Shown: positions 33,999 to 44,003 of the stretch, one piece after another | How the letters are laid out: each line of letters begins with the position of its first letter | How positions within the stretch are numbered: the stretch's first letter is position 1 | DNA from: Cyclobacteriaceae bacterium | GTDB taxonomy: Bacteria; Bacteroidota; Bacteroidia; Cytophagales; Cyclobacteriaceae | Assembly (NCBI GenBank): GCA_050250195.1 | Contig: JBFWPC010000011.1 | Span: forward strand, 8,164 to 72,163 | Length of the DNA: 64,000 nt | Direction of reading: 5' to 3' | Position numbers and translations under genes: made by a program | The notes under the pieces: model-generated | Seen by the model: the letters and a program-made list of their open reading frames with translations, nothing else | What the model was told of the DNA's origin: nothing | Databases searched by the model: none

Positions 33999-35695
33999 CG
34001 ACTGAAGGAGTAGCTATACGTTACGGTGCCTGTGAATTCGGTAAAGGTAGTGTCCCCCTTTTCACCTCCGGTTGTCCGGTTCAACGCAGTGAGCCCCACT
34101 GAAAAGTGATGCTGTTTCTTTGCCACATACCCCGCGGAGGTCCTCACGTTTACAATCCGGCTCAGGGAATTGCCCTGGGCGGAAGTCATGTTATGGCTTG
34201 CGGCCAAACTCAACCGCATCTTCCGATCCAGCAACGATTTATTCAAAGAAGCTGTTGGGCCATGCGTGAGCACTTGTATTAAAGGTGATTGATTCTCATT
34301 TAGGTTATACGCGAACATCAACATCAAATTGCGTGGCACAAAATTTACTGAGTAAGAAGCGTTCACATTGTAGAACCGCGAGCCACTATTCTCGGAAACC
34401 TGGCCCTGGCGCTCTGCGGCATCCTGCACAGAAAAGTTGACCAGGATGGTTTGCTGTTTTTCTCGATTTTGGCTTAAAATATAATTCGCACCCAAATTCA
34501 GGTTCTGTGCAATTTGCGTAAACTGCAAGGTATCCAGGTTATCGTAGGGTGTCAACTGATTGATGTTGACAAACTGCGATCGGATGTTCGTGTACGATTG
34601 AAAGTTGGAATAGTTGAGATTCACCGAAAGGCGTTCGGTTGCCGAGAGGCTGGCATTGATCGAGCCGACCGCCCTGTTCATGGTACTCATCTTTGAGTTG
34701 TCGAGATTATCCCTCTGCACACCCACGCTCGCGCCCACGCTCAGCCGGGCGTCCAACAGCATGGAAGACGCATTTATAGTAAAGTTCTCCAGGTCGTTGT
34801 TGAAGTAATAGGCACCATGAGTCCTATAGCCGGGATCAATTCTCTCATAAGCTACGCCCACACTTGTTTGTTGGTTTTGATAGCTTAACGAAGCCTTCCA
34901 TGCATCATAAAACGAAGTAGACGCATTGCCGTCAAAACCCAGTTTTGAAAAGAGATTGTCGACCGCACCGCTTTCATCACGCATGTCGCGGGTAAGGGCG
35001 CTGGATGCGTAATCAACCATGACAGAGAAACGTTCAAGCACCTGCTTACCCAAAGAAATACCCAACACCAGGTTTTCCTCAGGCAAGGGCGGTTTGTCCT
35101 GCGGAAGCATTCGCAAAGAACTTTCCTCATCCTTGCCATAAAACATGGAGACTTCCGCTACGTCACCTCCGCTTCGATAGCCGGTTTTGAAGCCAAAACC
35201 ATTTCTTTCGTAGGCGGGAGTTGTATTGCGCAGGGTATCGGCCTCCACTGCACGCCTCAGTTGACCATACATCGCACTAAACGTGAACTTTTCCGGTTTG
35301 AGCTCTACCCCCGCGCCCCTAAAAATATGACCGGACAACGTGTAAGGTGAAAAGGTCATCGATGCGTACCCAAGGTGCGCAGTCGCCCACTTGTAGGTAG
35401 GATGAAGGCCATATTGATTGAAGGGCTGCTGGAACGATTGGTTTTGGTTGGAAACTGCAAACGACAACGGTACACTCCAGCCGTATAGCGAAAGGTTGAG
35501 GTTTCCTGAGAGGAAATACGAATAGGGATCCCGCCTGCTTTCGATGCCGTTTACCCCATAAAATATCTGATTCAGGGATAACCCTCCCGAAAGCTGCAAA
35601 GGGTCCTTTTTCCCAATGGTTTCCAGGTCTTGTGCCAGGGTGAGTTTGCCCGCCAGGGTGAGGGTTAGCAGAATAATAATCCTAGTCCGATACAA
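33995..35695 (-). CDS. putative outer-membrane beta-barrel protein
   Basis: 566 aa with a signal peptide and alternating beta-strand-like segments rich in Y/N/S/G throughout. A 4-nt overlap with the downstream FN3 gene. No family recognised. Confidence 0.6.
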   Translation of the reverse strand: MYRTRIIILLTLTLAGKLTLAQDLETIGKKDPLQLSGGLSLNQIFYGVNGIESRRDPYSYFLSGNLNLSLYGWSVPLSFAVSNQNQSFQQPFNQYGLHPTYKWATAHLGYASMTFSPYTLSGHIFRGAGVELKPEKFTFSAMYGQLRRAVEADTLRNTTPAYERNGFGFKTGYRSGGDVAEVSMFYGKDEESSLRMLPQDKPPLPEENLVLGISLGKQVLERFSVMVDYASSALTRDMRDESGAVDNLFSKLGFDGNASTSFYDAWKASLSYQNQQTSVGVAYERIDPGYRTHGAYYFNNDLENFTINASSMLLDARLSVGASVGVQRDNLDNSKMSTMNRAVGSINASLSATERLSVNLNYSNFQSYTNIRSQFVNINQLTPYDNLDTLQFTQIAQNLNLGANYILSQNREKQQTILVNFSVQDAAERQGQVSENSGSRFYNVNASYSVNFVPRNLMLMFAYNLNENQSPLIQVLTHGPTASLNKSLLDRKMRLSLAASHNMTSAQGNSLSRIVNVRTSAGYVAKKQHHFSVGLTALNRTTGGEKGDTTFTEFTGTVTYSYSFSR

Positions 35696-35888
35696 GGAGA
35701 AATGTTTAGGGTTTTACCAAAATAGCAAAATCTCACAATAATTAGCGGGGTCGAAGGGAAATTATATGATAAACAGGCAGAGGTGGGCCTGGCCGGGCTG
35801 CCTCAAGGCTCAAAATGGAGGGTCTGCCGCTCTACATTGCTCCTGCCGCCCGTTACGCCCAAGGATTCTGGTCTCGCAACCCGCGGGA

Positions 35889-37367
35889 CTAAACTGATTC
35901 AAATCTTAGCTTTCCTTCTTTTGGTTCTTTGAAGGCGTCACAGGATATTAAGTATTGCTCCATTTCATCCAAATTCTCATGTTTTAAGGTTGCGCTGAAG
36001 TCATATGCCCTCAGCATCATTCCGATGAAAGGATCTGCGATTTGCTGACGTGTTAACTTGCGCAATGCTCCCATGTAATCCTCAAGAAACACCGTAGGAA
36101 TAATAATCTTAACATAGCCTTTTGAAGAGAGTTCTGCATTCATCATCACTCTCGCAATTCTACCGTTTCCATCCAAAAAGGGATGTACTTCACTTACTAA
36201 AAACATCATGTATACCGCTTTTGCAAATGGGTCCCTCAATAAGAAATACCATTCAATTCCTTTCTTCAAAGTTCCATTGACCAAACTCCAGTCTACAAAT
36301 TCGGTGCTACCAGCCCGGTTGTTTTTGTCTTTGAACTCACCGGGCTTTTTTGATTTACGGGATTGTAACAATACAGCATGGCGATTTCGCATCAAGTCGA
36401 GAAATACATCTGCAGAGGATGGACATAAGCCCATTTCTTTTTTATCTGAGACCATTCTGTAGGTTCCGAGTATATCATGCGAATCTTCGTCACGGGTCGG
36501 CAATGGCGTCTCTGTTCGCACGATCTCCTTTGCTTCATTAACCGTAAACTCAGTTCCTTCAATGTAGTTTGAGAAATAACCTTCGAAAAATGCGAATGTC
36601 CTATAGTTGTTTAGTGAACCGGATGCCTTGCGCTCGGGAAATACCTTGCCCGCTAATTCTTCATACAAACTCTCAAATAATCTGATTCGGGCAGGATCAA
36701 CTGGTTGACCAAGTGAGCGCGCTACTGCAATTGGCGAGGTTAAGTTTCTTAATTCTCCCGTGGCCAATAAAGTGCTGATCAACTGATTCAGTTTTTTGAA
36801 TTCCTTCTGCATCTCCAAGCCTTGGGAGATAGCCCCGGCCTGGTCTCGCAGCGCATTCAAAGCCTGCCCGCCTCTGGCTCTTATGATGGTCTCTAACTTT
36901 TCTTCAATTACTGATATGGGCAAGGTTTTGGATTCCTCACCCTTCTTTCTTGTCTCCTGAAGGTTTTCCAAAAATGCTCTTGCTTCTTGCGAGGCAAAAA
37001 GATTTTCAAAAAATGGAGCATCACCATCAAGTGGTTTTGGACCTTTTAACAAATGGATGGTAAGTCCTGGAATGGAAATGTTTGAAGTATAGGAATAGGT
37101 TAGAAAAATGTGTCCCTTAGGTGTTGGTTTAAATTCCAGCGCACTTCGATGACTTAATAAAGCTTCTGGAAATTGGTTAGCCAGGATGCGATACCAATTT
37201 CTTTTGATGATCAAAGCCGGGTCCTCCTCCAAGTTGGAGGTATAGATACGAGGAGCAATTTTTCGAATTAACTTCTCTTTTAATAACCCGGTAATGCGTC
37301 TTGACTCTTTTTTTTCAGAAGAGGCAAAAATGATTTCCTGAACGTTTGAACGGGTAATTTTTCCCAC
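35889..37367 (-). CDS. Fic-domain protein (AMPylase family) with a long N-terminal extension
   Basis: 492 aa with a GTG start. It carries the canonical Fic motif HPFLDGNGRIARVMMN. Confidence 0.88.
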   Translation of the reverse strand: MGKITRSNVQEIIFASSEKKESRRITGLLKEKLIRKIAPRIYTSNLEEDPALIIKRNWYRILANQFPEALLSHRSALEFKPTPKGHIFLTYSYTSNISIPGLTIHLLKGPKPLDGDAPFFENLFASQEARAFLENLQETRKKGEESKTLPISVIEEKLETIIRARGGQALNALRDQAGAISQGLEMQKEFKKLNQLISTLLATGELRNLTSPIAVARSLGQPVDPARIRLFESLYEELAGKVFPERKASGSLNNYRTFAFFEGYFSNYIEGTEFTVNEAKEIVRTETPLPTRDEDSHDILGTYRMVSDKKEMGLCPSSADVFLDLMRNRHAVLLQSRKSKKPGEFKDKNNRAGSTEFVDWSLVNGTLKKGIEWYFLLRDPFAKAVYMMFLVSEVHPFLDGNGRIARVMMNAELSSKGYVKIIIPTVFLEDYMGALRKLTRQQIADPFIGMMLRAYDFSATLKHENLDEMEQYLISCDAFKEPKEGKLRFESV

Positions 37368-37629
37368 TAACTGATCTATTTTTTTACAAATTGGGTAATT
37401 TTTCAGATTAATTAACTACCAAATGGGTAAAATATTGTATTATAATAAGGCAATGGTAAAAATCTATATTAATAGGGGCGCCCTGCTATGCACATGGGTA
37501 AAATCTCCGATTAGTTCGAAGGCGCCAAATGAAGAGATCATTTCCAATCAAAAAGGGTAGCTTTTAGGCGTCAACAATACCCGTTTGCTGGCCATCCAAT
37601 TGCAAAAGCCAGCCTGATAATGGATTGTT

Positions 37630-37900
37630 TCCCGATGTCCGGCTTCCGCTCGTGATCCGTGCCATGGAGGCGTCAAACAAACCGCGCAACCATTCGCAGC
37701 GTCAGCGTTTCTTTCGGAATGATTCATTCAAAACCTAACCCCGGTTCTGTCCTCACGAACCCGGCAACAAAAAAAGGATTAACGCTCGCTGCGCTCGCGT
37801 TGATCCGTAACATGGACGCGTCACACAAAACCGACCAAGTGCTGGCTCCGCCAGCGTTTTTTCTTTTTGGAATGATTCATTCAAACCTTATTTCGACTCA
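37630..37900. repeat. two diverged direct repeats of about 100 bp, spaced about 155 bp apart
   Basis: The two copies are gctcgtgatccgtgccatggaggcgtcaaacaaaccg...agcgtttctttcggaatgattcattcaaaacct and gctcgcgttgatccgtaacatggacgcgtcacacaaaaccg...agcgttttttctttttggaatgattcattcaaacct. The second copy ends in a 12-bp hairpin ttttggaatgat/atcattccaaaa. Confidence 0.7.
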
Positions 37901-37905
37901 TCATT

Positions 37906-37937
37906 CCAAAAAAGAAAAAGCCCGACATTCTGTCGGG
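37906..37937 (-). terminator. rho-independent terminator downstream of tRNA-Cys
   Basis: Stem cccgaca/tgtcggg (37921-37927/37931-37937). On the minus strand it is followed by ctttttctttttt. Confidence 0.6.
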
Positions 37938-37957
37938 GCCTTTGTCGGATTTGTTTG

Positions 37958-38028
37958 AGGTCTCGAGCGGATTCGAACCGCTGTACAAGCTTTTGCAGAG
38001 CTCTGCCTAGCCACTCGGCCACGAGACC
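37958..38028 (-). tRNA. tRNA-Cys (anticodon GCA)
   Basis: The minus strand reads ggtctcgtggccgagtggctaggcagagctctgcaaaagcttgtacagcggttcgaatccgctcgagacct. It folds as a cloverleaf with a 7-bp acceptor stem, a ttcgaat T-loop and anticodon loop ctGCAaa. No encoded CCA. Confidence 0.85.
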
Positions 38029-38075
38029 TTACTATTATCTCTCTGTTGCGAAATTAGGAAAATGAATTCTCAAAA

Positions 38076-38100
38076 GTAAGAAGGTGACTCATCGTCACCT
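38076..38100 (-). terminator. putative terminator after rpsA
   Basis: Stem aggtgac/gtcacct (38082-38088/38094-38100). A T-rich tract follows on the minus strand. Confidence 0.45.
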
Positions 38101-38131
38101 CCTTTTCTTTATCGTGTATTCACCGATGAGG

Positions 38132-40156
38132 TTACTCCTCTGCCTTTCCTTTGCCCGCCATTTTCTCCTTCAGTGCACTCAACGCTTCCAAATCTCCCAG
38201 TGTCGACTTCTCTGACTCCTGGTTGATCTTGTCGATGGTCTTGCCCTTGGAAGCAGGACGTGCCTTCTTCGCAGTAGGCGTCTTGTCTTCTTCAGCAGTA
38301 GACCACATGGCCTTGTGACTCAATACAATCCTGCGATCATCTTTCGAGAACTCCAGTACTTTGAAGTCCAGCGCTTCGCCCGGCTCGATCTTGGTGTTGT
38401 CTTCTTTCACCAGGTTCTTCGCAGAGCAGAATCCTTCGATTCCGTACGGAAGTTCCAGGATCGCGCCCTTGTCATTCTTATTGATCACCGTACACTTGTG
38501 CACAGAGCCAGGGGTAAACACGGTCTCAAAGGTATCCCAAGGATTCTCCTCCAGGTGCTTGTGGCTCAACGCCAGCCTCCTGTTGGTTGCATCCAGTTCC
38601 AGCACCACCACTTCCAGGGTCTCCCCAACTTTAGTGAACTCAGAAGGATGCTTGATCTTGCGTGTCCAGCTCAGGTCAGATACGTGCACCAGGCCATCGA
38701 TGCCTTCTTCCAACTCGATGAACAAGCCGAAGTTGGTCAGGTTGCGCACGATACCCTTGTGCTTGGTACCGATGGCGTACTTGGTCAACACATCCTGGCG
38801 AGTCCATGGATCTTCGGTAAGCTGCTTGATGCCCAGTGACATCTTGCGCTCCTCGCGGTCGATCGTCAATACCACCGCATCCAACTCCTGACCCACCTTA
38901 ATGAAGTCCTGAGGGTTGCGCAGGTGCTGTGACCAGCTCATCTCCGACACGTGGATCAAACCTTCCACCCCAGGCTGAAGTTCGAGGAAGGCGCCATAGT
39001 CGGCCACGTTCACTATCCTGCCTTTCACTTTCGATCCCACATTAATATCGGCAGGAAGTGAATCCCATGGATGAGGCGTCAACTGCTTCATGCCCAAAGA
39101 AATCCTCTTCTTGTCTTCGTCAAAGTCGAGCACCACCACCTTCACCACCTGGTCAAGCTTCAACACCTCTTCCGGATGGTTGATCCGGCCCCAGGAAATG
39201 TCGGTGATATGCAACAAACCATCCACACCACCCAGGTCGATGAACACACCAAAGTTGGTCATGTTCTTGATCACACCCTCCAACACCTGACCTTTTTCCA
39301 GGTTGTTGAGGATCTCGGCCTTCTGCTGCTCGAGGTCTTTCTCGATGAGTACCTTGTGCGATACCACCACGTTGTCGTTGAGATAGTTGATCTTGATGAC
39401 CTTCACCTCGATCGACTTATTCACATATACATCGAAGTCGCGAATGGGTTTCACATCGATTTGTGAACCCGGCAAGAATGCCTCGATGCCGTACACATCC
39501 ACGATCAAACCACCTTTGGTTCTGCGTTTCACGAATCCTTCAATTACACTGTCATTGTCAAGGGCTGACTGTACCTTCTCCCAGCCTTTCAACAACTTGG
39601 CCTTTCTGCGGGATAGGATAAGCTGACCCATGGCGTTCTCACGCTCTTCGATAAACAAGTCCACCTTGTCACCGATCTTGAGCTCAGGCATGTCTTTGAA
39701 TTCTGCCAAAGGCACGAGTCCGTCAGATTTAAATCCAATGTTAAGGATCACATCACGATCGTTGACTCCCACCACAATACCTTCCACCACTTCACTCTCG
39801 TTAACAGAGGTAACGGTGCCAGAGTATTTGTTGGTCATGGCTTCGCGCTCACTCTTGGAATAGCCTTCGCCAAATCCTTTGGTTTCGAATGCATCCCAGT
39901 CGAAGTTTTCGGTAGAAACAGGAGACACGGATGCGCCTCTGCGTGCAGTTACATCTTTGATGATGCGGGCCACGCCTTCTTCACCTAATTCTTCGTGCTT
40001 GCGCTGTTGTTTGAAGGTCGCCAGTTCGTCACCTTCCAGGATTTCGGTTTCGTCAATTTCCTTTTCGTTGGTTGACTTTGCCGCCTTCTTGGGAGCTGAT
40101 TTTTCGTCAGCTGCTTTGGCTTTAGGCTTACCTTCCGGTTTTTGAGATTTTGTCAT
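38132..40156 (-). CDS. rpsA: 30S ribosomal protein S1
   Basis: Six S1 domains (repeated G..V.G.V......G.F....G..GL.H.S). I place the start at the internal ATG (MTKSQKPEGK) rather than at the track's 40201. Confidence 0.93.
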   Translation of the reverse strand: MTKSQKPEGKPKAKAADEKSAPKKAAKSTNEKEIDETEILEGDELATFKQQRKHEELGEEGVARIIKDVTARRGASVSPVSTENFDWDAFETKGFGEGYSKSEREAMTNKYSGTVTSVNESEVVEGIVVGVNDRDVILNIGFKSDGLVPLAEFKDMPELKIGDKVDLFIEERENAMGQLILSRRKAKLLKGWEKVQSALDNDSVIEGFVKRRTKGGLIVDVYGIEAFLPGSQIDVKPIRDFDVYVNKSIEVKVIKINYLNDNVVVSHKVLIEKDLEQQKAEILNNLEKGQVLEGVIKNMTNFGVFIDLGGVDGLLHITDISWGRINHPEEVLKLDQVVKVVVLDFDEDKKRISLGMKQLTPHPWDSLPADINVGSKVKGRIVNVADYGAFLELQPGVEGLIHVSEMSWSQHLRNPQDFIKVGQELDAVVLTIDREERKMSLGIKQLTEDPWTRQDVLTKYAIGTKHKGIVRNLTNFGLFIELEEGIDGLVHVSDLSWTRKIKHPSEFTKVGETLEVVVLELDATNRRLALSHKHLEENPWDTFETVFTPGSVHKCTVINKNDKGAILELPYGIEGFCSAKNLVKEDNTKIEPGEALDFKVLEFSKDDRRIVLSHKAMWSTAEEDKTPTAKKARPASKGKTIDKINQESEKSTLGDLEALSALKEKMAGKGKAEE

Positions 40157-40235
40157 AATAATAAATCGCCCTGTCGATACATGCGGCCCCGGGGCGTGCA
40201 AGGCAGCACTTTTTGGTTAAACAAGCCCTTTTTTG

Positions 40236-40267
40236 GTCAAAAAAAGAGCCCCGACACTTATCGGGGC
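40236..40267 (-). terminator. rho-independent terminator after the TolC-family gene
   Basis: Stem gccccga/tcggggc (40248-40254/40261-40267). On the minus strand it is followed by ctcttttttt. Confidence 0.6.
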
Positions 40268-40318
40268 TGCAAATGTAAGCAAAAATAGCTGCGCTTGGGG
40301 GTGTTAACCCCGCAATTG

Positions 40319-41692
40319 TTAAGGGATATCTTCGAATTTGAGCGTTCCAGCAGCATAGTTGATGAGCAGCTTTTGGAACATGAGGGTGTACTTGGCACTC
40401 TGAAAGTCGCTTTGCGCCTGGGTGAAGTTCTGGTTGGCCTGCGTCAGGGCTACGATATCAGAAATCCCCAGCCGGTAACGCTCCTGTTCCAGTTGATAGG
40501 AAAGTTCTGCAGAACGCAATTGCGATGAGGCTGACTCAAAGCTGGTGCGGGCATCGCGGTAGTTCTGGTAGGCACGCAGCACATCGCTCTTTACGGTGAT
40601 TTCCGCATTCTCCCGTGTTAACTTCGAATTCTCATACAAAGCCTTGTTGCGTGCCACATTTGCCCTCGTATTAAATCCTCCATAAATAGGAATGCTGAAG
40701 GTGACACCGTAAGTAAGCTGGGTATTGTCATTAAAAAACTGTTCGTCAAATCCACGATTTTGAGGCGTAAATGTTTCGGAGGCGTGAATGTAGTTGTAAC
40801 GTGACCCGTATTGCGCGAAGGCGGTGACACTCGGAAAGTAGATTCCCCGCGTTGCCTGAAAGCCAAATTCGTTTGCCTTCTCAGTATACTTTGCGCTGGC
40901 AAGGTCACTCCTGCTTTCGATGGCCGTTTCATTCAGCGACTCCAATGCGGGCACCTCGGCATCCTCCAGATTAACATCCCATGTGGGTTCTTCCAAAGTG
41001 ATCTGCTGAAGCGGATCAATTTGCAATGTCTGCGCGAGCGTAGCCACGTCATTGCGGAGTGTGATGTTCGCACGCAACAAGGTGAGTTCGGCATTCTTCA
41101 CCTGGAATTCCTGATTCACCATGTCCACTTCGGCACGACTGCCTGCAGACACCTGTTCGCTGATTTGTTCATACTGTTGTTCTTGTGTCTCCAGGTTTTT
41201 CTGTCTGATCTCTACGATTTGCCTGTCCAACAAACACTGCAGGTACTGGCTCGCCACATTTCGGATGACATCCTGGGTAGACCGCTTCACCAGGTGCAAC
41301 TGCGCTTCGTACAAGTTATTTGCAGCACGATAGTTGTTGAAATTGTTCAATCCTTGAAATAGCGGTAGCTGGGCGCTGGCGTTTGCCCCAATGAAGTCGA
41401 CCACACCGTTCACCACCTGACCCTGTTGCTGATTGAATGAGTTACCATCCTGCCGCCCCGCGTTGCCATTGATGGATACGGTTGGTGTCATCCCCATAAT
41501 GCCAGCGGTTTTGGCTACCCTGGATGATATCAGAAGGTTTTCTTGTTGATTCAAAGCCAGGTTGTTATCCAAGCCAATCTTCACAGCTTGCTGAAAGGTG
41601 AGCACCTTGGGGTCCTGCCCAAGGAGACTGGCCGCAAAAAATAAAAACGTGATCGGTAAACCTATTCTCTTCATATTCAAATTGTGTATCAT
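40319..41692 (-). CDS. TolC-family outer-membrane efflux protein
   Basis: 457 aa with a signal peptide and two internally repeated coiled-coil/beta halves typical of the OEP/TolC family. Confidence 0.85.
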   Translation of the reverse strand: MIHNLNMKRIGLPITFLFFAASLLGQDPKVLTFQQAVKIGLDNNLALNQQENLLISSRVAKTAGIMGMTPTVSINGNAGRQDGNSFNQQQGQVVNGVVDFIGANASAQLPLFQGLNNFNNYRAANNLYEAQLHLVKRSTQDVIRNVASQYLQCLLDRQIVEIRQKNLETQEQQYEQISEQVSAGSRAEVDMVNQEFQVKNAELTLLRANITLRNDVATLAQTLQIDPLQQITLEEPTWDVNLEDAEVPALESLNETAIESRSDLASAKYTEKANEFGFQATRGIYFPSVTAFAQYGSRYNYIHASETFTPQNRGFDEQFFNDNTQLTYGVTFSIPIYGGFNTRANVARNKALYENSKLTRENAEITVKSDVLRAYQNYRDARTSFESASSQLRSAELSYQLEQERYRLGISDIVALTQANQNFTQAQSDFQSAKYTLMFQKLLINYAAGTLKFEDIP

Positions 41693-42385
41693 CTATTTCG
41701 CCTCCTGACGTTCCACAAGTGTGTCGCTCTCCACGGCACCATCCACGATCTTCACCACCCGCTTTCCCCGGGCCGCATTCTCTTCCGAGTGAGTCACCTG
41801 TATGATGGTCATCCCCTCTTTATTCAATTGTTCGAAGATGTCCATGATGTGTTTGCCTTGTTCGCTATGGAGGTTACCAGTCGGCTCATCGGCAAGCAAT
41901 AACTTGGGTTGGCCCACAATGGCCCGCGCCACGCCCACCAACTGCTGCTGGCCACCAGAGAGTTGTTCCGGGAACAGGTCTTTCTTCGCCACCATATTAA
42001 AGCGGTCGAGCAGTTCGGCCACCATGCTCTTGCGCTGACTGCCGCTTACTCCCTTATAAAGAAGCGGGGTTTCAATGTTTTCATATACGGTCAGCTCATC
42101 AATCAGGTGATAAGCCTGAAAAATAAAGCCAATATAGTTTTTGTGCATGTCTGACTTTTGCCGCTCCTTCATCTTGTGAACCGGCTCGTCAAAGAAGAAG
42201 TACTCTCCGGCCGAGGGTTCGTCCAGCATGCCCACGATGTTCATCAGCGTGGATTTACCCGCGCCACTGGGCCCCATAATCGTCAAAAACTCACCTTGCT
42301 GAACGGTAAGATCAACGCCTTTGAGGATGAACGTGCGCTGAAACCTTGAATCGACATATTTGTCGATATCCTTTAATTGAATCAT
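41693..42385 (-). CDS. ABC transporter ATP-binding protein (MacB/LolD-like)
   Basis: 230 aa with Walker [10 protein letters not shown], signature LSGGQQQ and Walker B LLLADEPT. Confidence 0.93.
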   Translation of the reverse strand: MIQLKDIDKYVDSRFQRTFILKGVDLTVQQGEFLTIMGPSGAGKSTLMNIVGMLDEPSAGEYFFFDEPVHKMKERQKSDMHKNYIGFIFQAYHLIDELTVYENIETPLLYKGVSGSQRKSMVAELLDRFNMVAKKDLFPEQLSGGQQQLVGVARAIVGQPKLLLADEPTGNLHSEQGKHIMDIFEQLNKEGMTIIQVTHSEENAARGKRVVKIVDGAVESDTLVERQEAK

Positions 42386-42525
42386 GAAATAGTAATTTCG
42401 TTTGCGTTTATGCCAAGAATAATGCCAACGGCAAATCTTCCATTAAGACGCAGGCCACAGGCAAAAGTTGCAAAGAATTCGTCCGCTGGCGAAAAAAGGT
42501 GTCCTAATTCGGACGCAAAACAGGC

Positions 42526-42927
42526 CTAAAATACAATGGGGTGCAAAATCACGTCTACCCTGCGGTTGAGCGCCCGCCCGCGGTAGGAGTCGTTGCGATA
42601 AACGGCATTTTCATAATCCCAGTCTTTCACGGTGATCATTTCCTCGGGCACGCTGTGTTCCACTAAAATCTGTAAAACGGCCCGGCTTCGCATCTTCGAA
42701 AGCCACTCGTTAAAATCTTTGCCGCCCACCGGATCGGTGTGACTGGTAAGCTGGATTTGGTATTTCTGAAGCAGGTTGGGGATGGAGTCAATCCAATGGG
42801 TGAGTTCGGCCATCTGAAATTCATCTACATAGTAGCTGCCCCCACCAAAGTAGATGCTTTTGCGCAGCTCCTGTGCCGAAGCGATGCCGGCTGCGAATAT
42901 CAGCAGGATGGCCACTCCCCGATTCAT
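42526..42927 (-). CDS. small OmpA-like domain protein
   Basis: 133 aa with a signal peptide. HTDPVGG...NRRVDVIL is an OmpA C-terminal-like peptidoglycan-binding motif. Confidence 0.7.
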   Translation of the reverse strand: MNRGVAILLIFAAGIASAQELRKSIYFGGGSYYVDEFQMAELTHWIDSIPNLLQKYQIQLTSHTDPVGGKDFNEWLSKMRSRAVLQILVEHSVPEEMITVKDWDYENAVYRNDSYRGRALNRRVDVILHPIVF

Positions 42928-42999
42928 TGCTAAACTTACATGAAGATAACGAAGAATCGAGGAAAAGGATCCGCCATCCCAAATGGAATTCCGGGTGAT

Positions 43000-43509
43000 T
43001 TATTTGGAAGGCGCCCCGTAGTTGAGCCAGGTAACGGTCGCTTGCCCTTTCTCAACCACGGTAAGCACCAGCACGTTGTCATAGTCCGAATCTTCGAATG
43101 TGCTGAATCTCTCATTTCCAAGGAAATAGTTTGCAATCCAGGGGGTTGTGTTGGAATGTCCGCAGATGACCACGGTGCCTCCCCTGTATTTCCCGAGCAA
43201 CTCATCCATCTGTTCCGCCTTGTTCGGTGTGTACGCCAGCAGGGAGAGGCCTTTAAATTCCGCCAGTGGCTGCACGGTACCGCGTGTGCGCTTGTAAGGT
43301 GTACTGTAGATGGCGTTCACGGGTGTCTCGCGCAACAATTGAACAAGTGCTGCTGCCCGGTCCTCACCCGCCTTGGTAAGCGGTGGATCGTTGGTGCCAT
43401 CGTCAGCTTTTTCGGCATGGCGTACCAGGATGAATGTAGTGATGCCGTCCTGCGCCTCGGCAAAGGCCGCGCTCAGCGACAACACCAACGGAAGGATGAA
43501 CTTTCTCAT
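43000..43509 (-). CDS. histidine phosphatase family protein (phosphoglycerate-mutase-like)
   Basis: 169 aa with a signal peptide. It has the LVRHAEK catalytic RHxE motif and a later GHSN. Confidence 0.8.
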   Translation of the reverse strand: MRKFILPLVLSLSAAFAEAQDGITTFILVRHAEKADDGTNDPPLTKAGEDRAAALVQLLRETPVNAIYSTPYKRTRGTVQPLAEFKGLSLLAYTPNKAEQMDELLGKYRGGTVVICGHSNTTPWIANYFLGNERFSTFEDSDYDNVLVLTVVEKGQATVTWLNYGAPSK

Positions 43510-44003
43510 TTGTATCGTGCTTTGATTTCAGTGGGCACATTGCAACCCTCGGTTTGCCGGGTGTCAACCAGGTTGAAGATTTTCCAACCGTCAGGTGTTT
43601 TTATCAGATGAAAGGCATCGACCCCGCAATGATGAAACTCCTTCCCAAGGTAGAATGCGTAGCTGGCCCACACTTGTGCGAAGTCTCCGTCTACGGCAGT
43701 CTTCACATTCCAAATCGGTTCATCCCATGCCGGCTCGTGGGGAGTACCAATGGCTTTCATAAATCCGTCAAGGTCTCCGGTCCTAAGCACCACATTGCCC
43801 TCCTTGTCTTTGGTCACCGTTTGCAGATTTACATTCTCGTAAAAAGATTGGCGGGCCAGGGCACTATCGCCTTTGTTCATGCCTTTAAACAAATTGACGA
43901 TAGGATGCAGGATGGCGGGCTCTTCGGGCGACCGCTGTGCCATCAACGCGATGGGCAAGCAAAACAAGAAGGGTAACAGTTTTCGAGTCATGGTTTGATG
44001 CAT
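43506..44003 (-). CDS. NTF2-like (lumazine-binding/SnoaL-like) secreted protein
   Basis: 165 aa with a signal peptide. The size and W/F pattern suggest an NTF2-like fold. A 4-nt overlap with the downstream gene. Confidence 0.55.
   Translation of the reverse strand: MHQTMTRKLLPFLFCLPIALMAQRSPEEPAILHPIVNLFKGMNKGDSALARQSFYENVNLQTVTKDKEGNVVLRTGDLDGFMKAIGTPHEPAWDEPIWNVKTAVDGDFAQVWASYAFYLGKEFHHCGVDAFHLIKTPDGWKIFNLVDTRQTEGCNVPTEIKARYK

Noticed and set aside
35870-35887. ggtctcgcaacccgcggg as a partial direct repeat of the tRNA-Cys 3-prime end, which would delimit a Fic island
   Set aside because: Only the 7-mer ggtctcg plus a loose aacc(c)gc match the tRNA sequence. That is too short and gapped to call an att site without comparative data.
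38315-39863. Several 60-176-aa plus-strand ORFs within rpsA
   Set aside because: They are antisense shadows of the highly conserved S1 gene.
42940-43611. 223-aa plus-strand ORF
   Set aside because: It is antisense to two well-supported minus-strand genes (histidine phosphatase and NTF2-like protein). No motifs.
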